Below, in pieces: positions 52,468-64,000 of a stretch of DNA of 64,000 bases. The position numbers were made by a program, and so were the translations under genes. Position 1 is the stretch's first letter. Each line of letters opens with the position of its first letter. This stretch comes from Octopus vulgaris (lineage: Eukaryota), in assembly GCA_951406725.2 (NCBI GenBank), contig OX597832.1:52204001-52268000 (forward strand). The letters run 5' to 3'. The notes below the pieces were generated by a model. The model saw only the letters and a program-made list of their open reading frames with translations. It did not search any database and was not told where the DNA came from.

Positions 52468-53417
52468 CCTATACATAGTACAAATGGCAAGCCTTAAAAC
52501 TGTAATGTAAATTATAGGATACAAAAGAAAAGCAAGAAAATTGGTTGATGGCTACAGGTTACAAGAAACAAGAATAGCATAACATTCCAACCTAAAACTA
52601 GCAAGGCATCTGCTGAGAAATTACAATCCATGTTGGCTGGCATTCATCATTACTGTTGTCACCATCATGGCTGCCATAGTTGTTGTCATCATCATTACTT
52701 TAATTTCCACTTTTCCATGCTTGCATGGGTTGGATAGAATTTATTAATCCTTTTTTTATCAAATTTCTGTTGGGATGCTCTGTATTTCTTTCAATCAATT
52801 TTAAATATAATAAAGAATTTAGTAGAAATAACTTAGTTATCCATTTCTTTATTACCCACAAGGGGCTAAACATAGAGGGGACAAACAAGGACAGATAAAC
52901 GGATTAAGTCGATTACATCGACCCCGGTGCGTAACTGGTACTTAATTTATCGACTCCGAAAGGATGAAAGGCAAAGTTGACCGCACCGGAATTTGAACTC
53001 AGAACGTAACGGCAGACGAAATACGGCTACGCATTTCGACCGGCATGCTAACGATTCTGCCAGCTAAGTAAAATAACTTAGTTATCATTAAGCTAGTGTT
53101 AGGAACATAAATTGTGACTAAGGTTTGGTGGAAGATTTTAATTCAGAACTTTTGAAAATGAGACATTTGTACTACAGAGCCAGAGGCAGTTTCAGCTGGG
53201 TTGGTATCAAAGGGGTTAAGGCAGATTTTTTTTCTCTAAAGACAGATGCCCTTCCAGTTGCCAACCCTCACTAATTTCCAAGCAAAGTAATATTTCCCCA
53301 TGTCCAGACTTGTTTCTGTAGATTATTAGAATTGAATGACACTACCTGTATGACAGTGATACTCATTTACAACTATCGTGATGTCAAGACAAGGTGACAC
53401 AAACATACACACTCACA

Positions 53418-53465
<48 letters not shown>

Positions 53466-54042
53466 TTCACACACATATATACTGGAGATGTAGGTTCATG
53501 TCCCATGGACAGCTTTTGACTTTTTTCTGTCCAAAAGGTTTTTACAACCCAATATTTTACATGTTATTCTTCATTACTGTACGAACAGTGGTTCAAAAAC
53601 CATTATTCAAAAAGGATGTATATATATATATATATATATGTGGTGGCTGTCCCCTCATTATCGAGTATGGCCATTGCACGAAGCTTAATCAATGTTGTTA
53701 TCGTGCAATGCCTGTGCAAGAAGATTTTTTTTTAAAGTGAGGAAAGGCTGTGCACTGAGTCAATCCCACTCACTAAGCAACAGCAACCATAATCCAAAAG
53801 GAAGAAAATGTCAACATCATCGGTAACCACTGAGCTGCAGGTTTTATGTCGGAGTTATCCCAGTTACCTGAGTTACCTTCTCCTAGAAGGATGCCCTAAC
53901 AAAGGCTGGGAGTCCTTCAATACCAATGGTTTAACCACGCGATCAGGTATTCAGTCCGATTATTTCTATGTCCCCGCGCATGATACAGCCTTAAGACATT
54001 TATTGGATGGCCGTTGACTCTCAAGAGTTCCTCCGCCCTTTG

Positions 54043-54100
<58 letters not shown>

Positions 54101-54609
54101 TTATATGTATATATGTATACAATGGGCTTCCTTCAGTTTCCATCTACCAAAACCACTCACAAGGCCTTGGTTGGGCCTGGACTATAGTAAAAGACACTTG
54201 CCCAAGCTTCCACATTGTGGAGCTGAACCCAGAACCATGTGACAGTAAAGCAATCTCCTTATCGCACAACCATTCCTGATAGCAATAATATTGATACTCA
54301 AGAACAAAGAGAGTAAACTGGCAGAATTAGTAGAGCATCAGACAAATAGCTTTGTGATATTTAATTAAGTCTCTTTACATTTTAAGTGCAAACCCCAGTA
54401 AGGTGAAATGGGGTTCTTTTGGTATATGAACACAAAATGAAAATTGAAATATTGAATCTGTTTTGCAGATGGATAAATACTCTCCAGAGGGACAAGTCAA
54501 AGAAGCACCCCAACACCTTTTTCTTTCATTTTTTTTTTTTCATAATTTTCTTGGGATTTGTTTGTTTTCAATAATGGATATTACTATTTTGCTATAAATC
54601 ACCTTTTCA

Positions 54610-56430
54610 AATTTCTAATTTCCGCAAAGACATCTAAATGGTGATGAAGAATTTCTTACTAATTGCAGGCTAACATCTACTGAATAAAAAGTATTCAGTC
54701 TGTTGGAACATATTTCTCTTGGGCTGGTCCCTCTTTTGGGTTCACCCAGTGAAGTTCCTTTCTTCCATGTATTCTCCTCATTCATCAACTTCTCATAATC
54801 ACACATCCATGCCTCTTTCTTTTCAATGCCAGAAAGAGCAAGTGAACCATTATCCTTCCATAAACACTTCTCTCCCCTTACAATGTATCAATTCTCTCCA
54901 AAACAATGTCTTGTGATCTGCAACCCCTCACACCACTGATCTCCATGCTTGTGCCTGGAGCGGGATCCCAATCTTATGTCTGGTTGGGGTGTTGCTTCAC
55001 TTAAAGATCCGGCCTGTAGCCCCCAGCAGGTTGTCCCTTAACCCTTTAGCATTGAGATTACCTGGTCAAATGACATCATCATCAACATCATTTAACATCT
55101 GTTGTCCATGCTGGCATGGGTTGGACGGTGTGACCAGAGCTGGCAAGGTGGGGGCGGGGGTTAGAAGACACCAGCCTGATTTGGCAAAGTTTCTACAGGT
55201 GGATGCTCTTCCTAATGCCAACCACTTTACAGAGTGTGCTGGGCGCTTTTACACAATACCACACAGACGCTTTTACATGGCACTGCATGGGTGCTTTTAC
55301 CTGATGCCACGTGGGCACTCTTATGTGTCGCCACAGGCACTTTTATGTATCAGTCATGCATTATCTCGCAGCTTCAAGATTTCAATGATGTAATTCTTTA
55401 CTTTTAGAATGACCTTGTAAGGTAGGTGTATGATACCAGATCTAGCCAGTTTGAATATAACACAGGTAGAATACTTGGGCTGGATATGGCCAGTTTAACC
55501 CTTTTGTTACTATATTTATTTTGAGATGCTTTGTATTTCTTTCAATTACTTTAAATATAACAAAGAATTTAGTAAAATAATTTGGTTACCGTTAAGCTAG
55601 TGTTAGGAACATGAATTGTGACTAAGGTTTGGTGGAAGATTTTAATTCAGAACTTTTGAAAACAAGACATTTTTACTCAGAGCCAGAGCCAGTTTCAGCC
55701 GGGTTGGTATTGAAAGGGTTAAATTCTAAAGGATTGAGAACTTTCAGGTGTTCTCCATGCATTAAGTTTCCATCTCCTTCTTTTGTCAAATGCTTCAACT
55801 AAAAGTTCTCTGAATTTCTAATTGTTCTATGTGTCTTTAAGCCTCATATCTTCATTCTCCAGACAGCTTTGTATCTCTTAGTTTGTCTAGTTCTTATTTT
55901 AAAATCAATAATTGCTAATCAATACATACTTTTGCAAAGAAAGACTCGCATTCAAATCATCAGTCTGTGTTGTATTTCTGGTGAGAATATACTAGATCTG
56001 ACATGTGTGTCCACTAGATTGATAGATGATCAGGTGGCTGGGTGGCTAGCTGGTTGGTTGGCTGGCTGGTTGGCTGGTTTCTTGAAATTAGTGCTTCAAA
56101 GCATCGAGTCATTAGCATTACAGGAACCTCTTTCTTTGAACCAAAGCCATCACTCTGTGTAAATCTGTAAGGTGCTGTCCAACATAGCTATTGAAGTCAC
56201 TCACCAGCTTCAACACTGAGGTCGTTGATATTTATCATTGAGTTAGTCTGCAAGAAAGCCATGTAGAATCGGTCTTTCTGTTCAGTTTCTTGCCCAGATA
56301 GTGGAGTATGTGTGGGAATAAACTCCACTGTCCAATCGTCCTCCAAGACTAGTCTAAGCTTAATTATCCTTGCACTATTCAGTCATTAATATAATCCTGC
56401 CATTTGTTCTGATTACCTCAACACCTAGGA
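54610..56430 (-). pseudogene. Degenerate RTE-clade LINE (APE endonuclease + linker), interrupted by MITEs and retroposons
   Basis: Broken frames: GQETEQKDRFY...AGDFNSYVG...STNFKKP...LIIYQSSGHTCQI*YILTR; DYEKLMNEENTW resembles 16460-16515. Confidence 0.65.
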
Positions 56431-56444
56431 CACATCTTCACCAT

Positions 56445-56484
<40 letters not shown>

Positions 56485-57070
56485 CCCAGTTGGAGTAGCC
56501 ATGTATCTCCTCTACATCAATGAAAAAATTCCAGTGAAACCTGTAAAAGTAGAATCAGTATATCCAATGGTAATCCAGGTGGAGTGCTGCTATGTAGATG
56601 AAGAGAGCTGCAGAAAGCTCAGGAAGTGGTTAAGATATGGAAGTCCAAAGAGAAGGAATTTAAGGCAGGATAAAACTGGAGTGCCATGCCTGATCACTAA
56701 ATCCGCAAGTTTTTTTTTCATCTTCTCTCTATTTATTTTCTCTTATTCCTTTCTGTTTAAGAGCGTAGGCTCGAAATATAAAAGATTTTTACATTTTCCC
56801 CATCGTCAGACTAATACTTGTTGTTCATACACTTGTCTTCCTCTTTTCTTTTTCTATAAGTTTCAACTATCTCTTCTACAGCAAGACACCTGTTTCTGTC
56901 CCTCCGTCATGCTCTACCCTCTCATTACAAGAAGCACCCAGCACACTCTGTAAAATGGTTGGCATTGGGAAGGGCATCAAGCCATAGAAACCATACCAAA
57001 ACAGAGAGAAAAGCTTGACACAGTCCTCTGGCTCATCAGCTCCTCTCAAACCATCCAACGCATGCCAGCA

Positions 57071-57496
57071 TACTCTACTCTTTTACTCTTTTACTTGTTT
57101 CAGTCATTTGACTGTGGCCATGCTGGAGCACCGCCTTTAGTCGACCAAATTGATCCCAGGACTTTTTCTTTGTAAGGCTAGTACTTATTCTATTGGTTTC
57201 TTTTGCTGAACCACTAAGTTACGGGGACGTAAACACACAAGCATCGGTTGTCAAGCAACGTTGGGGGGACAAACACAGACACACAAACATGTACACACAT
57301 ACATATATATATATACATTGATGATGATGATATACGACAGGCTTGTTTGCAGCTTCCGTCCATCAAATTCACTCACAAGGCTTCGGTCGGCCCGAGGCTA
57401 TAGTAGAAGACACTTGCCCAAGGTGCTACGCAGTGGGACTGAACCTGAAACCATGTGGTTGGTAAGCAAGCTACTTACCACACAGCCACTCCTGCG

Positions 57497-57550
<54 letters not shown>

Positions 57551-57917
57551 TACGACGGGCTTCTTTTCAGTTTCCATCTACCAAATCCACTCACAAGGCT
57601 TTGGTCAGCCCAAAGCTATAGTAGAAGACACTTGCCTAAGGTGTCACGCAGTGGGACTGAACCCGGAACCATGTTGTTGGTAAGCAAGCTACTTACCACA
57701 CAGCCACTCCTGCACCTATATGTATATATATATATATATATATATACATATATATACGATGGGCTTCTTTTCAGTTTCCCTCTACCAAATCCACTCACAA
57801 GGCTTTGGTCGGCCCTAAGCTATATTAGAAGACACTTGCCCAAGGTGCCACGCAGCGGGACTGAACCTGGAACCATGTGGTTGGTAAGCAAGCTACTTAC
57901 CACACAGCCATTCCTGC
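57071..57917 (-). mobile_element. SINE family A plus two tandem extra 5' halves
   Basis: Head segment repeated at ~57335-57499, 57552-57717 and 57756-57917, separated by (TA)n. Confidence 0.88.
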
Positions 57918-58249
57918 TAAATGATGATGCCACCAAAAATAATAATGATGATGATGATAATGATGGCAATGACGAAGATGATGATGATGGTGCTCATCTC
58001 TACCTACCTACCAAGTCATCTACTGATGAACACCACCAGTCACCTGTTTCCAGAATTCTCTCTCTGGCATTGCTTATAGTAGGTCACTTTTCAGCAAAGC
58101 TCTAGTGATCTTTGATGTTGCTATTCTTTCTGTTCTGTCAATTTAGAACATATCTATCTAATTAATCATCTTCAAACCAGACCAGAACAGACTAAGGAAG
58201 GTATACAATAGCCTTCATACGAATAGATAAGCCAAAATAAAATACAAAA

Positions 58250-58379
58250 GAACGAAAGAAAGAAAGAAAGAAAGAAAGAAGGAAAGAAGGAAAGAATGAA
58301 AGAAAGAAAGAAAGAAAGAACGAAGGAAAGAAAGAAAGAACGAAAGAACGAAAGAAAAAATGAAAGAAAGAAAGAATGA

Positions 58380-58411
<32 letters not shown>

Positions 58412-58590
58412 ACGAAAGAAAGAACAAAAGAAAGAAAGAAAGAAAGAATAGAAGAAAGATAGAAAGAAAGAAAGAATGAATGAAAGAAAGAAAGAAAGAA
58501 AGAAAGAAAGAACAAAAGAAAGAATGAAGGAAAGAAAGAAAGAAAGAAAAAAGGAAAAAGGAAAGAAAGAAAGAAAGAAAGAAAGAAGCT
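58250..58590. repeat. (GAAA)n purine tract
   Basis: Directly visible. Confidence 0.97.
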
Positions 58591-58949
58591 ACAAAGAACA
58601 GCTCAATGTTTCTGTGGTTAAATTTTTTTCTTCTTCTTTTGTAGTTTTCCTGAATTGGGAAAAGTAATTTATGGTTGGCCAATTCTTGAAATGTTATATC
58701 TTTTTTTACTGTTTAAATACGTAGGCATGTGTTCATAGGTTGTACTAGGTATTAGAGCATATACACCCACATACTTGTGGCTGAAAGTATGTGTGTTTAT
58801 TACTTACTAACTAAATAATCCTGTAATTTAAAATTAAGAAATATTTCGTGGGCACACCATCTTTATACAAAATAGGTTTTCTAGGTGTGGTTGTTATAGA
58901 TATACCTCCCACTTACTCTGCATACATACATTGTATACTATATAATGTA

Positions 58950-59415
<466 letters not shown>

Positions 59416-60130
59416 TAGCATGGAAAGCGAATGTTAAACAATGATGATGATGATGATTATGATATATATATATATATATATATATAACACATGAAAACAT
59501 ACATACATATGTGTGGTGGGGAGGGTGTATGTATGTGGGTGTGTGGGGGGGTGTGCGTGTTTGTGTGTGTGTGTATTTGTATAATGTTGATGATGACAGT
59601 TCATTTGTCAAATTTGACGGTGACCTGGCAACTTAGATACTAGATTTTATATAAGTTGTTTTTTTGTAAATGAAAACGAGCCACCGTGCACGCATCAGAT
59701 ACACTTTCTTGCTTTGACACAATATTCCCCATTTTCGAGATAAAGTAAAAACTATTGAGCTTTTGTGAGAAAATACAAAAGACTAAGGAGATTGCCCAAA
59801 TAGCTGAAGGCATCTCCAGAGCTCACAATATTATCTAACATGGTATGTTGCCAGTGGCCCAGGAACAAAATTTGCTATGGGAGTGCAAACTCAGGTCCAA
59901 ATTTTTTCACAAACAAGGCCATTTTTTTTCCAATCTTAATAAATAAAAAACATAGGTATAAAAGTATTTTCTATTATTATACATAGAAAAATAATGCTTC
60001 AAATGAATCCAAAATTTTTTTTATAATCACTTGTTTTGGCACTGAAGTTTTCCAAGAGGATGTCTAAAGTTGTTCCTTTGGCATAAAGTGGTACATAGGG
60101 GTAGGAGTGTTTTTATGTTTTTATGTACAC

Positions 60131-60535
60131 GGGCGTAGGAGTGGCTGTGTGGTAAGTAGCTTGCTTACTAACCACATGATTCCGGGTTCAGTCCCACTGC
60201 ATGGCACCTTCAGCAAGTGTCATCTACTATAGCCTCAGGCCAACCAAAACCTTGCAAGCAGATTTTGTAGACGGAAACTGAAAGAAGCCTGTCGTATATA
60301 TGTATGCATATATATATGTATGTATGTGTGTATATATGTTTGTGTGTCTGTGTTTGTCCCCTTGCCATCGCTTGACAACTGATGCAATACCCAAAGCAAG
60401 AGAGAAGACTATGTTGGTTTGGACATGTGATGTGTATGAATGAGGACAGCTGCATAAAGAAGTGCTGATTACTGAAAGTGGATGGTATCTGTGGAAGAGG
60501 GGAGACCCAGGAAGACATGGACCAAGATGTCTGGT
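60131..60535 (+). mobile_element. SINE A 5' part fused to an RTE LINE C-terminal fragment
   Basis: SINE head up to ~60385, then QERRLCWFGHVMCMNEDSCIKKC*LLKVDGICGRGRPRKTW. Confidence 0.75.
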
Positions 60536-60989
60536 GATATGAAATTCTTGAGAAGACCTGCCCAAATCAGCGAAACTGTGTTCTAGAAGCACTTCTCACA
60601 CACTCTACCACAACGAACCAAACTACATCTCTACTTCTCTTCTCTTCTTTACATTCCCACTTCATCTACTATGATTACCTCCCACTCTCCAATCTTGTCC
60701 TCTTGGCCCGGTGCCACTGTATCACTGCTCTCTGCTTGCTCTTACCTGTGCATTCTACCCATATGCCTTGTTTCACTCTATTATTTCCATCTGCTAGCCT
60801 CTGACCTGGGTGTTCCACCCACACATAACAAGAAAACTTTTCCCTCACCCTACCCCAACAAACCAATTTACATCTCTTCTCTTTCTCGCATTTCCTCCTT
60901 CATTCACTATGCCTAGTTCTCACTCCCCAATTCTGTCCCCACACCCCTGCTCCTCTGTAGCACCGCTATCCGGTAGCCCCTCTAATTCT

Positions 60990-62190
60990 ATATTTGGGAT
61001 ATACACTTGGTAATAATTTACCAAACCTAGGAATGCTTGTGGCATTGTCACATTCTTCAGGGGTGACATATTTCATATTGCTGACTCCCTTGATGGGTCC
61101 GGTCTCCATCCACTTTCATTGATTACTTGACCTAGGTATTTTATTTTTCCCATCAAAAATTCGCATTTTGTTTCTGTCAGTTTTAGTCCATATTCAACTA
61201 TTCTCTTGAATACTTTATGTGTTTAACATATTGCACCCAAGACTTGCTCTTTATCACAATGCCATCTAGGTATACGATGGTGAAGATGCAATCACTTAGC
61301 ATCACATCCATTATTTGTTGGAATATGGCAGGTACCACTTTTATCCAAACAGTAGTCGTTTGACTTCATACAATCCACGGTGTGTGTTGATTGCTAGCAG
61401 ATGTGTGCACTCTTCCTCTAACTGAATTTGAAAGGACGCCTCTGAGAGGTCTAACTTCCCTCCATATAGTTTAGCAAAAACTTCTTCTGGGCTTAGAAAT
61501 GGGTATTTGTGTGTGAGTAAGCAGTTGTTTAACCTGGTTGAGAAGTCTGCACACACTCTTAGCTTTTTTTTTTATGTACACTGCCAGGGCTGCACAGTTT
61601 GCATGGTCAATCTTTTCAATCATATTCAGGCTTTCCAACCTTTCTAAATCTTTATTGACCTGGTCTACCCCTGCGAACAGCACGTTCCGTTTGGGCCTGA
61701 AAATAGGTGTTGGGTTTTCTTTGATAACAATCTTTGCTTTTGTTTTGTGCAACAGCTTAAACTTTCCGTAAAAAAAAACTTTCCTGAGAAACACTTTTGG
61801 GAAAGTTTCTTTCATTTTTTTTGTCTCACTTCATTGACCTCATTTGACCGCTCCGTTTATGTTATTGCACAAAGTATTTATGGGTGTATCCCATAAATTA
61901 AATTTCTCCATACATTCAGTGCCAAATAAATTCATGGATTTTTTCAACACATAAACATTCACTTTTTTGGTTCAACCTTTGAACATTACATTACAAATGC
62001 ATTCGCCCTTGAAATATAATCTTCTTCCTGTAACACCATACGCTATTTTGTTTGAACCAGATAATTTTGGTTTACTCATTTGCTCCCATGTTCTCTCATT
62101 TATGATTGTGATGTCACTTCCCATGTCTAATTGCATTCTGACACTCTGACACTAATGTTTTCAATTCTCACATTCATGAATTTTTTGTGG
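60990..62190 (-). pseudogene. Ty3/Gypsy pol remnant (protease + RT), frameshifted
   Basis: MQLDMGSDITII (protease), PIFRPKRNV, CADFSTRLN, INTHRGLYEVKRLLFG, PAIFQQIMD, VYLDGIVI (degenerate YLDD), KCEFLMGKIKYLGQVI, FLGLVNYY. Confidence 0.9.
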
Positions 62191-62228
62191 AGACATATAG
62201 AGAAACTCCATCAAAAACTAGTGCCCAT

Positions 62229-62304
62229 GGTCATATGGCATAGTGGTTTAAGAGCACGGGCTATTAACCCAAAAATTCTCAGTTCGATTCCAGGCAGTGA
62301 CCTG

Positions 62305-62336
<32 letters not shown>

Positions 62337-62579
62337 GTGCTGGTGGCACATAAAAAGCACCCACTACATCCGTGCCTGTGGCACATAAACAGCACCCACT
62401 ACAACACGCCGGTGGAACGTAAAAAGCACCCACTACACTCTCGGAGTTGTTGGCGTTAGGAAGGGTATCCAGCTGTAGAAACTCTGCCAGATCAAGATTG
62501 GAGCCTGGTGTGGCTGTCTGGTTCGCCAGCCCTCAGTCAAAATCGTCCAACCCATGCTAGCATGGAAGGCGGACGTTAA

Positions 62580-62617
<38 letters not shown>

Positions 62618-62762
62618 TAACAACATCAAAAAATACCTTAGGAATGAGAACCCAGGTTCGAAATTTCTCCAAGACACCTGATGAAGGCTGGAGGGTATAT
62701 CAGCTGAAACGTTGTGTTAACAACAAACAAGATGAGGACAAATATCCATCAAATGTAAATAA
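62229..62762 (+). mobile_element. tRNA-headed SINE-like element with a 3' hammerhead module, interrupted by a family D insertion (~62336-62615)
   Basis: 62229-62302 is tRNA-like (GGTCA/TGACC acceptor stem, A box TGGCATAGTGG, B box GTTCGATTC), followed by (AAT)n; 62616-62762 contains the ribozyme core. Confidence 0.6.
62673..62718 (+). ncRNA. Minimal type I hammerhead ribozyme (Penelope-type)
   Basis: GACAC CUGAUGA A GGCUG-gaggguauau-CAGCU GAAA CG UU GUGUU: intact CUGANGA and GAAA cores, stems I and II pair, palindromic AACGUU helix III. Predicted cut after 62713. Confidence 0.75.
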
Positions 62763-63100
62763 GTGTCTTCCACTATTGACCAATGCCTCTCAATTTCATT
62801 ACTCAGAAGCCATAAAGTTAAGTTTACTTATTTCTCCCATGCCTCATTTGAATGAAATGTAAATGTGCCATAAATCATAATCACACACATTATGTATGCA
62901 TAGGTATTAGATATTATAGTGTAGCAATCGAATCTCTTGCATTTGATCTCTCTGACAGGCCATTTTGCAAAACTTCCTACTTCACAAGTAAGCAAACTTG
63001 AGGAAGCTACCAATTTAGCTGTCAATAATCCTATCCTGCAACAGGTTGTACTGGGTTTCATGTTACCAGTAATCCCCTCAAGTGACTGCATATACACATA

Positions 63101-63741
63101 CAGGGGCTGAACAAAATAATGGAATCACCTTAAAATTTCAAACAAATTTATTTTAATATTGGGTAGGACCGCCTTTGGCAGTAATTACAGCTTGAATTCT
63201 ACGAGGTATGGATTCATACAAAGTTTGAATTGTTTCCAAAGGAATTTTTGTCCATTCTTCAGCTAAAACAATCTCCAGTTCTTGTAGTGATGATGGTGGA
63301 GGATATCGACTCCTTACTTGTTTTTCTGAAATGCACCATAAATGTTCTATAATATTGAGATCTGGGGACTGTGGTGGCCAGATAAGAAGTTCAACTTCAC
63401 TAGAATGTTTCTTGTGCATTCAGTAACAACTTTAGCTGTGTGAATTGGTGCATTATCATCCTGAAAGATTGCGTTTCCCTCCAGAAGCAGTTCTGCAACC
63501 ATAGGATGAATTTGATCAGATAAAATGCTTTAAAAGTCTTGACTATTAATTCTGCCATGAACGGAAACCATTGGGCTGGCAGATTTCCAAGAAATAGCCC
63601 CACAGATTATCACAGATCGGAAGAAGGCAGTCTGGGTCAAATGCTTTTTTTGGCTGTCTCCACACATATACTCGGCCAGTGGTCGGAAATAAGGTAAAGG
63701 ATGACTTGTCTGAGAAAATAATATTCTTCCACTGCTCTAGT
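63101..63741 (-). mobile_element. Tc1-like transposase 3' remnant with TIR
   Basis: IFSDKSSF...FQDDNAPIHTAK...WPPQSPDLNIIEHLW...ESIPRRIQAVITAKGGPTQY*; TA|CAGGGGCTGAACAAAATAATGGAA terminus. Confidence 0.9.
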
Positions 63742-64000
63742 GGTATTTTGTCTGTCTTTACATTCTGGGTTCAAATTCTGCCGAGGCTGATTTTGCCTTT
63801 TATCCTTTTGAGGTCAATAAATTAAGTACCAGTTGTGTACTGGGATTGATCTAATTGACTAGCTCCCTTCCCCAAAATTTTGGGCCTTGTGCCTAGAGTA
63901 GAAAAGAATAAACCTGTTCTTCTCATCATACTTGAACTTCTTAGCCTCTCACCAAAAATCATTACCTTACCTCATTTTCCCCTTTCAGTCATGGCGTTAC

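Noticed and set aside
56501-56953. 150-aa plus-strand ORF as a host gene
   Set aside because: No recognisable domain; it runs through repeat-derived sequence including the hammerhead-like element.
58192-58682. Phe/Leu/Ser- or Lys/Glu/Arg-rich ORFs
   Set aside because: Translations of the (GAAA)n tract.

Overview
Eukaryotic, AT-rich, repeat-saturated genomic DNA. The tRNA-derived SINE families and (TA)n load look like Octopus (coleoid cephalopod); this is inferred from repeat style, not demonstrated. The one clear host gene is a minus-strand Rab27 small GTPase. Its confident coding exons are 11075-11155, 4776-4882 and 1754-1839, and it runs off the left edge. A start exon is predicted at 34573-34661, an optional 60-nt exon at 21342-21401, and a non-coding first exon ending at 46429 in a CpG-rich, repeat-poor promoter-like zone. 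The rest is transposon-derived: SINEs, RTE/CR1 LINE remnants, a Gypsy pol remnant, a solo LTR, Tc1/mariner/maT remnants, piggyBac/hAT MITEs, Helitron-type elements and many fold-back inverted repeats. Nearly all long ORFs in the supplied track are microsatellite artefacts. Most interesting: (i) minimal hammerhead-ribozyme motifs, including one in a tRNA-headed SINE-like element (62229-62762) and a three-copy family with a non-canonical CUGUAGA core; (ii) an N-terminally extended, possibly alternatively spliced Rab27; (iii) inverted repeats bracketing Rab27 exons (dsRNA, editing or circRNA potential). All coordinates were read by eye and repeat boundaries are approximate.
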